Assembly (NCBI RefSeq): GCF_037042905.1 | Contig: NC_087251.1 | Coordinates: 44,702,001 to 44,766,000, forward strand | DNA: 64,000 bases | Direction of reading: 5' to 3' | Origin: Lytechinus pictus | Lineage: Eukaryota | Shown here: piece after piece, positions 1 to 14,699 of the stretch | How positions within the stretch are numbered: the stretch's first letter is position 1 | Layout: each line of letters opens with the position of its first letter | Position numbers and translations under genes: made by a program | The notes under the pieces: model-generated | Databases searched by the model: none | Told to the model about the DNA's origin: nothing | What the model saw: only the letters and a program-made list of their open reading frames with translations

Positions 1-419
1 TACCGGTTCACAAAATACAATGAATTATAATCAAAGTAAATAATACATAGAGTAGACACAAAAAGTTCAGTGTCAATCATAACAATACATAAAAAGGGCT
101 AAACGAGAATTTAGCTGATCTAAATTGATTTAGGCTAATAAGTAAATGGAAAAAAATGTAGGGGCTTGCCAAGAAAAGGCCATGGTAGTATAGGATATGG
201 CTACAGATCTTGCATTTACATCCCCATGACCATATTTCGGATTATTTTATCAATTCAGACATTTACATATCATCTTGGAGCTGTGAAATGTACAATCCAT
301 GAACATGAATTCTTATATTGTCCTTCATATTTCACTTATTTTTGCAATATGGTGTAAGTTTTGTTTATTTTTGTCTATACGTATGGCCTGTGATACTGTA
401 TTACTGGAAAGTATGTATT

Positions 420-1010
420 TTACCACAGTGTGTGTCAACGTGAGTGTGGAACAATAAGAAATCCCCTTCACACTGTTATGTTCAAGCATTTCTTACATTT
501 TCCACTACTTGAACACACTGAATACTCACACCCGTCGAGGTGTCCACAGGGTGATATCTTGTTCACACTGTTATTCATATTCATGTTAGTGTGATTTAAA
601 TGTCCACATAGTCCATTGTGTGAACACACTGAACACTCACACACACCAAGGTCGGTGTCGACTCTCCACAGTGTGAAATTATCTTCACACTGTTATATTT
701 GAGCATTTTAACAGTGTATTTTAACACAGTCCACTATGTGAACACACTTTTTGGCACTGCCCCTTTCTCACACTATTGACACCCACGCCTGCCGAGGTGT
801 CCACAGTGTGGAATTATCTTCCCACTGTGGACACTGAGTATTTTAATGGTGTCAATCACAACTTCACAATGTCCACTATTTGAACAGAGTGTGTGACACT
901 ACTCTTCACACCCACACTATTAACACCCATACCTGTCGATGTGTCCACTTTGCGAAATTGTCTAAACACTGTGGATACTGTGTATTTTAGTGGTGTGAAT
1001 TACAAGTTCA
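420..1010. repeat. Degenerate tandem repeat, unit about 100-130 bp
   Basis: Recurrent GTGTCCACAGTGTG..ATTATCTTCACACTGT and GTCCACTA..TGAACACAC motifs in about 5 copies. Confidence 0.75.
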
Positions 1011-1748
1011 CATTGGATGAAAGTTACGCATGAAATTCTAATATCTTTATTTTATCATCAATAAGATATATAGGGCCTATTAAAAAAATTGGGTGAGGTA
1101 TTTTTTTCATTCGAATTCCATTTTTCTATCATCAATAAGATATAAATTTATATTAAAAAACATACTCTCTTCCGCGCTATAAACAAAAGATAATTTTTGT
1201 TCCAGAACATACCGTGATTTAAAATATTCATGAATTCTATTCACATCTTCATGCCTGGGACCACTATTCCCACCGCATAAAGACACACATGCATGTTAAA
1301 GGATCTACCACAAACAAAGACATAAGAAGAGGCCGGTAAATGTAAGCATCATTTAAACACTAGTTAATGTGTGGTGTTTTACCGAATCATGAGCAAAGTG
1401 TCTCACGTCGGTTTCGAAGAAGACTGCGGTAAAATCAATTTATACTGATGGAAGCAACGATGCACGATGAGATATTTGCCATCAGGATTTAATTATTTCA
1501 TGAGAACATGAAAAGTTTGATCGACCCGGGGAAACGGAGATGACTAGAAATGGGGGCCCGGTGAAATAAAGGGGGTCCGTTTGAAAAGTGAAAAGAGCAT
1601 AGCGTTCGGCAAAAAAAACATTAAGTAATGGAAACGCCATAAATCTAAAGAACGAACTAAAAAGATTAAGGGAAAGAAAGAAATTGGAAATGAAGGAAGG
1701 AAAAGATAGGGTTTGGGAATAATGTGTGTGCGCGTGTGTGTGGGATCT

Positions 1749-1779
<31 letters not shown>

Positions 1780-4729
1780 AGAAATTTTACATGTACAAAC
1801 AACAGCTCTGGCAACTCTTTTTTAATTAAATATGTTGTGAAAACAAAATGAAATGAAGAGATTTAAGGTAACCCAGCACTATCATCCCTTTGAAAATTTG
1901 GTGAGGCCGAAAAAAAAACTGTCTCTGCCGGAAATCGAACCCGTTCCCTATATTCATTTCTTTCACAACATATTAAATAAAAAGAGTTGCCAAAGCTGAT
2001 GTACATGTATAACTTCTTACACAGTCGTGAGAACGCTTGACGCTCCGACTGCAATATAGAAAAGATAAATTTGACTGACACAACCGATTTTATGTGTGTT
2101 TGGGGGGAATACACACATTTAAAAGGGTGGAATGATTCCTGTGTTTTCAATGTAATATCCTAATTTGCAGGACTTTTGCTAGAGTCTCTACCGGCGTAAT
2201 ATTTTCATAATGTCATCTAGGTTGTATTTTAGATATTGCATATATAGTTTAACGATTAAGAGCACACTTTATTTCATTCACTCCGCCCCCCTCCAAGGCT
2301 TGAAAGAAGAGCAGAAGGATATATCATTCAGCATATTCAGTATTACATTCATCCATTTATTGTGTCCATAAAAAGGATAATAGTTTGCATTTATGGTCAT
2401 TCTTGCTTTACAATAACTCACAGAGTCATATTACAACATTGATAATCAGATGAACATAATTATATGAATGCCAAAATTTGAAATGCTACATAAACAAAGT
2501 GCATTTCACACAAAGGACGCATACCTTACTGATAAATACAATCGGGTTCAACTCCGGGATTAAATACTGGTAAACAATTTTCATCCGTGGTGAAACAATG
2601 CTGCTTAATTTCTACTTAAAAAAACACAAATTCCTGCAGCAGAGTATCGAGAACACCTGTAATCTTACTGCACTGTGTAATATTACATGCATTTGTGTAA
2701 AATTACAGAAAATAGATATTTGGTGTATGTAACCTTAATGATTTATTGTAATAAAACTGTTTTCTCCCTTTTTAAAACAAACCTGTTCTGTAAAATTTTA
2801 TAAAAAATTGATAAAATCTTTCCTGTTTTAACAATTTACAGAATGATTTGGTTACTTCTTTTTGTAAAATCTGTTTTTTAAATTTTTCTTCTGTAAAATC
2901 TTCTATCAGTGTAGTGTGTTAATATATTAAGTTTGAATAAGAGTCTTCCATTTAATAAACCTGACTTCAAACACAATTATTTTGGTACTTTTCTTCCTGA
3001 CCGAATGGCTAGCATGTTGACGGCTGTTGCCATTTATTCCCATGAACAAAACGACCGGTCCAGTGCTCAAATGTACACTTAAAACCACTTCATATTTTAT
3101 ATCCTCAGTCATTCATTAAACAAAGGAAATATTGAAACTACTTTCCGGAATTGACTCATGAATCGAGCATTATCATAAAAGCATTCAAAGAGCAATTCAT
3201 TTGATAGGGAGTAGGCCAACTCAATTCGGAATGCTGATGCCACTGTCTCCAAATTATCTCAAAATGTTTAAATCAATGATTAAGCACGTCCGTTTCATTA
3301 TAGACAAATGTGAATCATCAATGCAAGTAAGTGAGGGTGTGTATGGGTGTGTGTGTGTGAGGGTGTGTATGTGCATGTATGATTTTGTGTAACTGAGTTT
3401 TAAAAGACTTGTATCAAAGTTAGAGAACTCTTTTTTTGTTCTGTAGAAAGAAAAATACACGACAGTGATATCCAAAATATAACCAATATATGTCTTACAA
3501 AAACAACACATTAAAAGTATGCATGTGTTGATCGGTAGATACATTTCCACAGTACATAGGCAAAAATCATACTCTTCAAATAAATACCATAAACTTATGT
3601 TTGACCATTCTGACCTGAAACACTGCTGCTGTCAATAAAAATCACAATGCGCTGCACTCAGTGATTATGTGCCTGGTATTAGGGGGAGTTCGGGCCTCGG
3701 TTGGATTTTGCAAAAAAGTATACTTCTTGAGTTACTGACACAGTTCAACAATTCCGTGTTTGAAATATAAAACAAATAATCACCTTTTTTCAATCTCTTC
3801 ACTGTCTCAAAAATCTTTTGGATTCACTAAAATCATACGTGTGTATACGTATTTATGTTCAATAAATGTTAGGCATGGAAAAGGATTTACCTCATTATGA
3901 AATAAATATAGAATGCTGAAGTATTTAACCAAACAGAGAGAAAACACATTTTTTCATCCTTTATGCATTGTATAAATAGAAAAAGTTAGAATTATCAATG
4001 TACTGATGTACATTTAATTTACATGAGTTTATTTAAAAGATATTGAACTATATATAATTTATAATCAAAGCATCGTGAATCTAGATCCAAGCACCTTAAC
4101 TTGCATTCAGCTGGGAAGAAAAATAGACTACTTGTCACCACTTTCAACATCCACTTCACCAAATACAAAATTAATTACCTAAACACCCAATTTCATTATA
4201 AAAGTACAAAATAAAGAGGATTTGGCCTGCAAATCATTATATCACTATTTCTGTCAATACGATAAGTTGGTAAGATATATCTAAAATATTGCACTAAAAT
4301 ATCCATTCACCCATAAGATGAGTATAGGGGAATTCGAATCCCAAGCAATCTAACGTTATAAAGTAAGATACGAGGAAGACTTTGCAGGCAAAACAGTTCA
4401 TAAATATTAGAACCCGGGGCCGACCAACGATTTCCAAAATGGGGGGCTGAACAGATATAAAATCAGAATGTGATATTCATTTTTACATTTTCGTACACTT
4501 TTAATGAAAAAAGGTGTGGGGGCTACCCCCTCCCGCCAATCCTGGTTCTGCTTCACCTGACTAACAATACACTTATCAGCCTGAGATTTCTAATTGACTT
4601 TTGTTTGATGATATAATACAGTAAATAAAATAACAATAATAAAAAAAAAACATTGAAAAACTAAATCCATCATGACATTTATAGATATGATAATGATAAT
4701 TATTTTATGGCAAAAGTGACAGCTCTAAT

Positions 4730-6322
4730 CTATTGTCCAGTCACAACACGCTTTGGGGAAAGAGGAGGAAGGCGCGGTGTCTGATCACCTTGTCCATGTA
4801 AATCAACCCTCAACATGTTTTTTATTTGGGGTGACTTGTAATTGTCAATGTCCACATTAATATGGGTGGTACTGTTCACGCTTTGCCGCATAGAAGCAGT
4901 GTCGGGCGAAGAGCACATTGGGGAAAGCGCTTCGGTGCTCCGACTCAAGAAGGACAAGTTGAGCAAGTTCTTGGAGTGGGGATTTTCAAGGTACAGATTT
5001 GACAAGGATTGTCCCATCTTCTTCTTCTGTACGCTTATGTCCTCGTCGGAATTAGAGCTTCTTTCATACGTACAGCCATCGAAGCTCTTCGACTGTCTTT
5101 GATTCGAGTTGCGGTTAATGGCAGATAATGGGCGGCGTGGTACAGAAGGTTTTGTCCGTTTTATGAAGATAGTGTTGAACCCTGACCGGTTGTCTGAATC
5201 CTGGTTGAGGTTGTCGGTTTCTTCTTCACAATGATAGCCTAGTGAGTCCGGGTTTGTAACTTCTGGTAAACTTGCTCGTTTCATTTCGATAATTTGTTTT
5301 CTTACACCTGGGATATCATGGATGTTTTTGACCGGATGTAGGGCATGAAAACGTCGCGACAACGCATCCATATGCAGCTGAGGGTTCTTCCGGTATGAGG
5401 GTGGTGTAGGTACGGCTATTGTTCCCTTCAGGTAAGTTTGTCTTGGGGATAGTTCTTCGCTTGAGCTTTCCTTGCTATCATTAGCACGAGGGCTGTACCC
5501 ATCATTACTTGAACAGCTTGATTCTATACTTTCGTTCTTTTTCAAGTTCGCCCGGGGATCGTCGTCCTGTTTCGTTGAGCTAGTATCTGTTGGTTTCGAC
5601 TGGCGACGAATTTTCGGCAAAAATGCCTCCATTTCCGGCGTGGAACATCCTCCCTCGCGAGCCCATTCTGCGGCAGTCATGTTCTTAAACTGGTCCCTTT
5701 GATCTAAGGAGGCCTTACCCTCGTGGGTGAGAAGCTTCACACATTCCATATCACCAATTTTCGCGGCCAACATTAATGCACTCATCCCTTCTCCATTCAG
5801 TTTGTCCACGTCTAAGCCTAATCTTCGAAACGATCTTGTCAGAATCAGTATCCCCGTCGCATTCCCGACCATGCTGCAGTAAATCAAAGGAGTATTGCCA
5901 TTGTTGTCTACTATGTTCGGATCCACGTTGTTCTTTACCAGAATCTTGATAACATCCTTATACTGAAATTCGGCTGCATAGCTGAGTGCAGTCCGACCCA
6001 TATTATCCCGGTGATTTACATTGGCTCCATGCTGAAGCAAAAGCTGGACGACCTTTAATCGAGTCTGACCGTCGTCGATTTTCATAGCTCTGATCAGAGG
6101 GGTTTTTCCATGCGAGTCCCGAGAGTTGACCACCGCCTGACCCTCGACGGCATCGAGAATGAACTTGGCAAGATGGATCTTGCCCTTGGCTACGGCATCA
6201 TGAATGGCAGCTCCACCCGAAATCTGACCAAGACTCCCTCGACGAGCTCTCTCGCGAACTGATGGTATGCGACGTAAGATGGAGGACATGGTCGGCGAAC
6301 CACCATCACCATGACTCGACAT
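4730..6322 (-). CDS. ANKRD63: Ankyrin repeat domain-containing protein 63-like, intronless, 530 aa
   Basis: Single 530-aa ORF with about 5 ankyrin repeats (GKTPLIRA, GRTALSYA, GNTPLIYC, GMSALMLA). The motifs GKIHLAKFILDA and RSFRRLGL match my recollection of vertebrate ANKRD63 (GKVHLARFVLDA, RSFRRLGL), which is also intronless. The C-terminal half is Ser-rich and likely disordered. Confidence 0.88.
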   Translation of the reverse strand: MSSHGDGGSPTMSSILRRIPSVRERARRGSLGQISGGAAIHDAVAKGKIHLAKFILDAVEGQAVVNSRDSHGKTPLIRAMKIDDGQTRLKVVQLLLQHGANVNHRDNMGRTALSYAAEFQYKDVIKILVKNNVDPNIVDNNGNTPLIYCSMVGNATGILILTRSFRRLGLDVDKLNGEGMSALMLAAKIGDMECVKLLTHEGKASLDQRDQFKNMTAAEWAREGGCSTPEMEAFLPKIRRQSKPTDTSSTKQDDDPRANLKKNESIESSCSSNDGYSPRANDSKESSSEELSPRQTYLKGTIAVPTPPSYRKNPQLHMDALSRRFHALHPVKNIHDIPGVRKQIIEMKRASLPEVTNPDSLGYHCEEETDNLNQDSDNRSGFNTIFIKRTKPSVPRRPLSAINRNSNQRQSKSFDGCTYERSSNSDEDISVQKKKMGQSLSNLYLENPHSKNLLNLSFLSRSTEALSPMCSSPDTASMRQSVNSTTHINVDIDNYKSPQIKNMLRVDLHGQGDQTPRLPPLSPKRVVTGQ

Positions 6323-9300
6323 GATGTTTTTTATGTTCAGTAATAGCGTTATATCTGCTCTAAAGAATTGAATTCTCAGACTTGATTGAAAATGTCATTA
6401 ATTCTTGCTCCATAGAAATTACTCCCTATAAGTTGTATATCCTTTATGCCAATATCCTGGGTGTGCAAGACAAGAACAAAAACAGCGAGGACTAAACGTT
6501 GTCTGTTTCAGCAGCAAAAATACACACATACTGTATCATTCCATGTAGGATGTGATTTGCCTGAGAAACAAAATGAGGAATCGAATGTTATCTCCATTTT
6601 CAGTCGTACCAAGAGAAAACATCTATTATCTTGGTTGATTATTGTCTTATAAAGCTTCAGTATTGTCCTTGCGAACTCTCATAGAATATTGAAAATATTG
6701 TATTGAGCAGTTGGCAAACACGTCCTCACTATCTTTACGCATATCAAATGAGTATCAGACAAGTTTACATCCAGAAGCATAAAGACGGGAAAGTGTATTT
6801 CATGTCAGCGCTAGTCTTTCATATGAGATAACATCCTCGAGACAAGAAAGCAATTTCTCCTCCCTTGGCGAATATGATTATCATTCCGTATTCAGGCATC
6901 TCGCGCTTTCACGGTGTAATTATTTCCGCACCGCACCATCTATTGTCTCTCCAATATCATTCGACACACGCTTTGCACAAAAAAGCTTTCGTGAAACAAT
7001 TTTGAGAGTGTGAGACGGGGAAAGAGAAAACGATGGCGAAAAGGTCCAGACGTGTTGATGACCAAGCTTTAAAGTCTTAAGAATGTATCGAAATCGATCG
7101 TCGCTGTCAGGTTTTACGGTGGCATTGACAACCGGCATCACGATGCGACTGATATCAAAGTATCTTCATGGCATCCGACAATCCGACTGGTGGGTAAAGA
7201 GACTTTGATGGAAGCTCATTAGGTATATCCCCCGCAATTCTCTATCTCTTTTCTGATTCGATGAATGCGTGAGTGCTACTAGTCTTTGCCGTACAGGATT
7301 TTTCAACAAAATGTATCATTCCGATATCTGGAATGGTGCTCTGGCGTACAGATGGGGGAGGGGGCTTGGGGTCATGCTCCCCCCCCCAAAAAAAAAGGGT
7401 TCACAACCAAGGGAAACAAAGGAGAAAAAGAAAGAGATTGGAAGGGAAGGGAAGAGGACAAAAATGTATTTTTTTCTAAATATATTAACTCTATCACAAA
7501 ATTAGATTTTCGTTTTCGCTTCGCATTCTCTTAACCTTTTTAGAAATATTCCTCTGTACTGCATGTCTGACTCCTCAAAAATTTTAAATCTTTGGCGTAT
7601 TATGCTACTGGAAGAATGAATGGTTACCAGTATAGCGGATGAGCTTAGAATACATGGGCTTAATAGTGTCGTGCATGGTGAACGGTTTTCTCAATCTGAC
7701 CCTCCCCTTACAAACACAATTTACGCACACCCTCCTACAAGGCACTCCACACACACACACACACACACAAACACACCCTCTCGCCCCCCACACACCCTCA
7801 CACTCATACAGGCGGGGGATTTGGATCCAGACAAGTGGTGATGTTAAGGATAAATATTATGATAGATAATTCGTTATACACACTCCTCAGCACAAGAATA
7901 TTGCCGAATTTTCTCCAGCTTCTTTTGTAGGAGAATGTTTGCCAAAATTGATGGAGCTAATTACAGAGATCGAGCGCGATATGACAGACATTGCCTAGCT
8001 TCACGATGGTGGTGATCGCAATGAGGGTTATCGTGCAGAAAGATAAACATGATGTCAATGTTGATTACCCTTGTCGTCTCAACCGGTCGCTAAGTGCTCA
8101 TTAGGCCTTCCAATATTGTACCCGGTCCATTAAGTTTCAGACGACACCCACCAAAGAGTTTCGTCGCAACGAGACAAAAAAAAAAACCCCGACAAAAACG
8201 AAGTCCCATTTGATGTATATGTATAAATTATGATAAATGTCAGGTGCGGTAAATAGAAAGGGGGTGCTAAAGAAGGTTGTATAAAGTAAATGATACCCAA
8301 AGTAATGTACCATCTTTTTTTATGAACGAATCCAACCAATTGAGTCCGTTGGAGGGACTGATATGAATTTACGATATCAGTTGAATTTTTCCATAAACAA
8401 GATTTAAAACTCATCACTCAACAATTCTTATATAACAAAATATAACAATGCTTCATTTATGATGAAATTGTATACTGCTATACAAATGGCAAATCGTTTT
8501 TATAAAATCTTCAGATCAAAATAATTTGTAGTTCCTGTGCGATAAATTGTTAACCTTATCCTTAATAGACAATATATATATATACATATAATATGACTGA
8601 TACAAATTGCGTTCATGTATTCCTTATTACCAGACGTCTGTATTTATTTCAGTTTCCAAATCGATCAAAGTCAAATAAATATTTGGGTTTTTATCTTTTA
8701 TTAAGGTTAGCACTTTCAGTTAAAGAGATTGATTTACAAACAAACACTGCATATCAATTGAAGTATACTATGATATTTCATGAAATGCATGATACATTAC
8801 ATAAAAGAATATAAACCAAAACGAAAAAATTAGGAGGAGTTAGCCTCAGGTTGTCATCCTGTTGTACTTGTGTGTTTTTAAGGGAGGGGGTTATACTATT
8901 CATACAAATATTTCAATAGGAGGCTGCACTCTACGAGCTCCTCTTCTTAGCAGCCTCCTCCACTTCCAACCTGTTTATATGATTATCTTGATTACGATGT
9001 ACATTGATATTTTCTCTGTCTTTTTTGCTTATATATTCATTTATCAAGATGTACAGAACAAAATACAATTATTGTATAAATAATGGAAATTGAAACAAAC
9101 GAAATGAAATGAAATGAAAATAATTAGAATCGAGTAAATATTTCAAAATGAAGCCTTTACAGGTTTTTTTTTATTTGGGGTGGGGGAATTTCTATGAGTT
9201 CGGAACTATTAAGTTTGTCATGAGAGGTGGAGTGGTGTAGCATTTTAAGAGTGTACAACAGTTTTCCTTAAAACTGTCCATAAAATGATTTTTAAAGATC

Positions 9301-10707
9301 CCTGTTTCATGTATTTGTGTGTGTTGCGTATATAGATTGAAATTTGTAAAAGGTACGTCGCGTTAATAATTGTAAACAGTAAATCTAGATCAAATTCACA
9401 GGTCCAAACTAATTCGACACTTTGAATATCATTGGTAGGCAATTGCTCTTTAGTTTTGAAGAAGTATAAAATAAGTTTTATACGTATAAATTCTGTGTTT
9501 AAAACTATACAGGAAAAAATGTCCAGTGTTTTCCAAACCATATCAATGAAATAATGATAATCCTAAACATTGATATTATCTCTACACGATTTACCAATAA
9601 AGGTTTCTAAGCACTTTCAAATACGAGACGAGACCATCGTGCTTGGTAACGAGTGCTTAATTAGACACATGAATCCATGATGTGCCTCACCCGAATTCGA
9701 CCGAACATAATGGGCATACCTGCTTGACAAAACGCAGAACTACGTGCATAAACGCACAACTCTGAGTTCATGAAAAAATTAAGTCATATAATTATGTGTA
9801 TAATTGGCAAAAAAATATTAAGAACCGAGAACGGAGCCCTGAGATATCCACTAGATGTAGACGTCGATTACTTCTATGTTGTTTTTAGTTTGCGTGTGAA
9901 TCGAAAGATGATGCTTGTAAAGTGTTTGTTGAGAATTTTAAAGACATATTTCACATACACTCATAGAAACAACGAGGACCATGATAAAACCATAATTTTT
10001 TTTAGCATCCAGCTTAATTCTTCTTACTACACCTTTTGCAAGAAAAACGCAAAGGAGAACATACAGTATCCTTCAAGCATACGATTTCCCCTCTGTATAC
10101 CACTCATCGCTGCGCATCCCCCATCATCACATAGCTCGAGGGCACTTAGTGATGACTTTACACCATTAGCAATCAACAAATGCCACTCTCTTCCCCATCT
10201 GATCCTCTACGGTTAACTCATTAATTCTAATACTACCGCATCCGGCTGCACGGAGGGGAGCTTGGTAATACGAGGTCTATACTACAGATAGGTAGAGGTC
10301 AATGTGTACGATGAGTTACCATTTGGTCTAATGATACCTTGTCATACGGTAAATCGCCACTTGGTCTATAAGTATCCGCATTGTCTACTTTCCTTGTGGT
10401 CTCAACCTACTCGGTCTAATCCCTGTTCGTCTACGACAAATTCGTCTGCTAACCACTTGAGTGTAATAACCGTTTAGCCCATCCATCATTTTGTCTTATT
10501 TCCAGTTAGGCTATACCCATTTCGCCTAATACCAACTTGGTCTAACATTATAAGAGAGACTCTTACATCTATGGTCTAACGCATCGTCATGAACATAGTC
10601 AACCGATGAGACAAGCTCGTAATATATGAAATTATCATATATGGAAGAAACGTGGAGAAACATGAGTGGATTTAGTGACAAATAGATCAATCGAAAATGA
10701 ATATTAA

Positions 10708-11309
10708 AGGACAAATCCACCCCAACAAAAAGTTGATCTGAATAAAAAGAGAAAAATCCTACTTGCATAACACTGAAAATTTCATCAAAATCGGATGTAA
10801 AAAAATAAGATAGTGACATTTTTAAGTTTCGCTTAATTTCACAAAATAGTTATATGCACTTCCTGGTCGGTATGCAAATGAGGTGACTGATGATATCACT
10901 CACTCACTATTTCTTTTGTATTTTATTGTATAAAATATTATAATTTTTTCCTCATTGTCCTGTAAAACAAAGTTTTATTTCTCCCTGAAAATGAATGAAA
11001 TACTATTGTTTAACATTTTATGGTTCAGTCAAGTTGTTCCTTATTGTTAAATCTGCAAAAAATTGAAATATTGTAAAATTCTAACAATAAAAAACAAAAG
11101 AAATAATGAGTGAGGGACATCATCAACTCTCTCATTTGCATGTGACTAAATTGTGCATATTACTATTTTGTGAAAAATAAGCGAAACTTTAAAATGTCAT
11201 AACTTCTTTAATTTTACATCCGATTTTGGTGAAATTTTCAGCATTATGCTTGTCTGATTTTTCTCTATTGAGTCAAATCAACATTTAATATCTGGGGTGG
11301 ACTTGGCCT
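10708..11309. mobile_element. Kolobok-like non-autonomous element (MITE family A), near full length
   Basis: TTAA|AGGACAAATCCACCCC ... GGGGTGGACTTGGCCT with long imperfect TIRs of about 150 bp. Homologous copies at 39290-39863 and 60206-60330. A TTAA target with RR..YY termini is the Kolobok signature. Confidence 0.75.
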
Positions 11310-12739
11310 TGAACCAAACCATGCGGCAATTCGATGACTTTAATCACAATTGATATTAAGGCCGAATTGAAATAAGACCAACAAGCTCTAAAATCAATCT
11401 TTCACATCATGATTAGGCCTATAGTTACATTCATGAACAATGTTATAGCAAACATATTCCCAACTTCGCATTTCGGATTATGATACTGGAAAATAACGAC
11501 GATTATCTTAAGGCTTCACGACGCGTAAGATGAATATACTGTCGGAGAAATAAAATCATAAACAGACGAGGCCGAATCATAGAAAGGGTTATAATGATTG
11601 ATGTTTTATTATATGTATTCTTATGTGGTCATTTTCACAGAGGGCGAATTCTGCATTTCCATTACTTTAATCAACGATGACTCGTTATGAAGGACTTCAG
11701 AGAAAAATCAAATACACTACTGACAAGTTAATGACTTTATGTATCTTTTTGCTTTTATAAATCATATCCAAGATTATAAAACATCATAATGTATGATTTA
11801 TTTTTTGATGACAGAAAAAATCTCCTCAAATGCTTGAGAAATTGTCTTCCTTATGAATTAGTGTGAGACAGGCTATAAGATGCAATTCCACACTATTGTG
11901 TTTATAGCGACTGGGCAGAGAAGTCTACAGTATGTAATATTTATATATAGGTACAGCCTTCAATATACGATAATCGTTCGTCATGCATATTCATGAACCA
12001 AGTAGACATACACTAATGTTGACATAGATGATAGATATCAAATAGGAGCGCAGACTATCTGATCTGTAAAATTATTTCGTTGCCTAGCAACTAGTTAGCT
12101 ATATATAGCAACTCAAAGCAAATTTCTATTCAGCAATATTGTAGTTTTAAGACGGCTATGTCGTGTAATGACTTACGAGCCTACTTAGAAGAATGCTGCT
12201 ACGTTTTTCGTAAGCACGTTGGTAATTAAAAGATTTTACTTTATATAAACATATCCATGTTGCCTTGTTACTTACAAATTCCTCATTGTAACAAAGGACG
12301 TTATTGCAAACTTCACATCTTACAAACCGCATCATTTCAGATTTATTTCAAAATGTTGATTTTGAACAAAAAAAAATTCTGACAGCAGCTATTGTGACTT
12401 TACAATAATCATATAAAAAATCGACATGTGCATGTTGGATAATGTCGAAACCACAGATTACAAAGTAACTCTAATATATATACCTCACTGCCTTTTTATA
12501 ACCACCCCCCCCCCCCAAACAAATAATAAAAATAATAATAAGATAAAATATATAAAATAAATTGAAATACTACTGAAAAAAGAAGAGTGATCTTACAAAT
12601 AGTTCAACTACATATGCAATTCAATTCTAAATTATGAGGTGGTAATCTTGATATTAATTGAGGCGTTGTGATATGGCAGTGTTATATTGGAGGATATGTG
12701 ATTATTTGATAGGGTGAATTCATGAGGGAACGCAATTAG

Positions 12740-13330
12740 TGAGAGGTGGGTGTGGGTGTGCGATTAAGAGAGTGCTTTCGTGTGGGCAATCAATGTATGT
12801 GAGGATGTGGGTTGTGTTTGCGTGTGAGTAAGAGAGTGCTTTCACGAGGAGATACAAATTGTGGGAGTGTGTGTGTGCGTGCGATTGAGAGAGTGCTTTC
12901 GTGTGGGCGATCAATGTGTGTGGATGTGGGTTGCGTTTGCGTGGGTGCGTGAGGGAGGAAGTGTCTTCATGTGCGGATACTCTTGGTGAGAGTGTTGGTG
13001 TGGGGGAAGAGGGTGGAATTAGTTGGGAATACTACAGGTGAGAGTGTGGGTGTGGTTGCAATTAGGTTGGAATACTACTGATGAGAGTGTGGGTGTGGGA
13101 GAAGATTGTGCAATTAGGTGGGAAGAGTGTGGGTGTGGGGGAAGATGGTGCAATTAGGTGGGAAGAGTGTGGGTGTGGGGGAAGAGGGTGAAATTAGGTG
13201 GGAAGAGTGTGGGTGTGGGGGAAGAGGGTGAAATTAGGTGGGAAGAGTGTGGGTGTGGGGGAAGAGGGTGAAATTAGGTGGTGAGAGTGTGGGTGTGTTT
13301 GCGCCATTGAGAGAGTGAATTCGTGTGGGA
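12740..13330. repeat. GT-rich minisatellite (40-bp unit at about 13050-13300, preceded by degenerate longer units)
   Basis: GGAAGAGTGTGGGTGTGGGGGAAGAGGGTGAAATTAGGTG is repeated in tandem. Confidence 0.9.
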
Positions 13331-14699
13331 ATGCATGTGTGTAAGGATGTGGATGAGAATGACAGAGAGGGGCGTGGATATGTGTGTAATACTAGTAGTG
13401 GTGATGGTGGGAGAATGGGTGCTTCTTATACGATGTATGGACATTTCATGTCAAACGAGGTATTTTCATCCATCATTGTAAAGCTAAATTTTGAAGAAGA
13501 TATAATCAAAGATGTACGAACCCTTACAATATTGGCTTCATTTTTCCCCGTCGTGAAAGCATAAATATAAATAGGTCAAAATGATTGAAGCCTCATATAT
13601 ATGTCTTTATTTCAAAGATTCGCAGAGTGAATCATTCTGTGTCTAATTTACATTGTGTCTTACTTTGCAAATACATCCGGATTCCTTAGTTCCCTTGGAG
13701 TGCAAATACAGTACTAAAACTACGGTGTTCACAATGATTAAGAGGGGTATTGATTGGCTCTTTAAGGGTATCTAATTACCCAATCTTTCTGATTTCCGAG
13801 GATAAGTATATTTAATTAAGGTCTGTGCTCGGAGTACACGTATAAGAATGGGTTTCTGGGAAATGTATGAGGTCACGATATCTCTGTACGTGCAGTAAGG
13901 CACTAGGGGTTTCAGACGGGGCTGTCTACAACTTTATTGCGTAACATGCGTGCCAAGGAGATAACTAACATATTTAATGACCAATTTGAGATCATTCTAC
14001 TGGAGCTTGATTATATTTAGCAGTGATTTCTTACGATGGGTTCAGGTGTTATTCTAAATGTTAATTGCGTAGCCATCAGAATGGATATACGTCCTTCTAA
14101 AAATATTCCTCTGAAATTGGTTTGCATATATATATATATATATATCTGCAGCTTAAAATCGAATAACAAAAATCATTTCTTTAAAAATCGTTCCTAACCT
14201 TCCCCCTCCTAAGTAAATTTATCGTTACCCCTCTTTTACTTATGTAATGCCACATTTGATCACATGAACGTTAGTTGAATATTTCTGACTTTTATCGCGT
14301 TAACATTTCATTTATCTTTCTTTTGTACTGATTGTAGTAATAGTGTTTGTCTTTTTATTCAGGACCAAAATTAAAAACAGTGTCCTGATCTTGTTATCCT
14401 GTTTAAATATATTTGAATCAAAATAGATAAAGAAATAAATATACATATGAGGGCCCTTAAATGTGGCTAGACTCACCAGGGAAGTTATTATTAATATCAA
14501 ACGCAATTTGATATGTTTGAATGGATGATTTGTAGGATGAAATACATTAAAATCGTATGTTAAATCATCAGCTCTCATATTTCCTTTTCTACCACGTCCC
14601 TATGATATTTAATGAAACAAAACGTAAAATCGGAAGAAAAAAAAACGTATCGTTCCTTTTTTACCCTAAAGAAAAAATGCCACAAGATATACAAATAGT

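Noticed and set aside
4842-5702. Plus-strand ORFs within the ankyrin gene
   Set aside because: They are antisense shadows of the 530-aa CDS.
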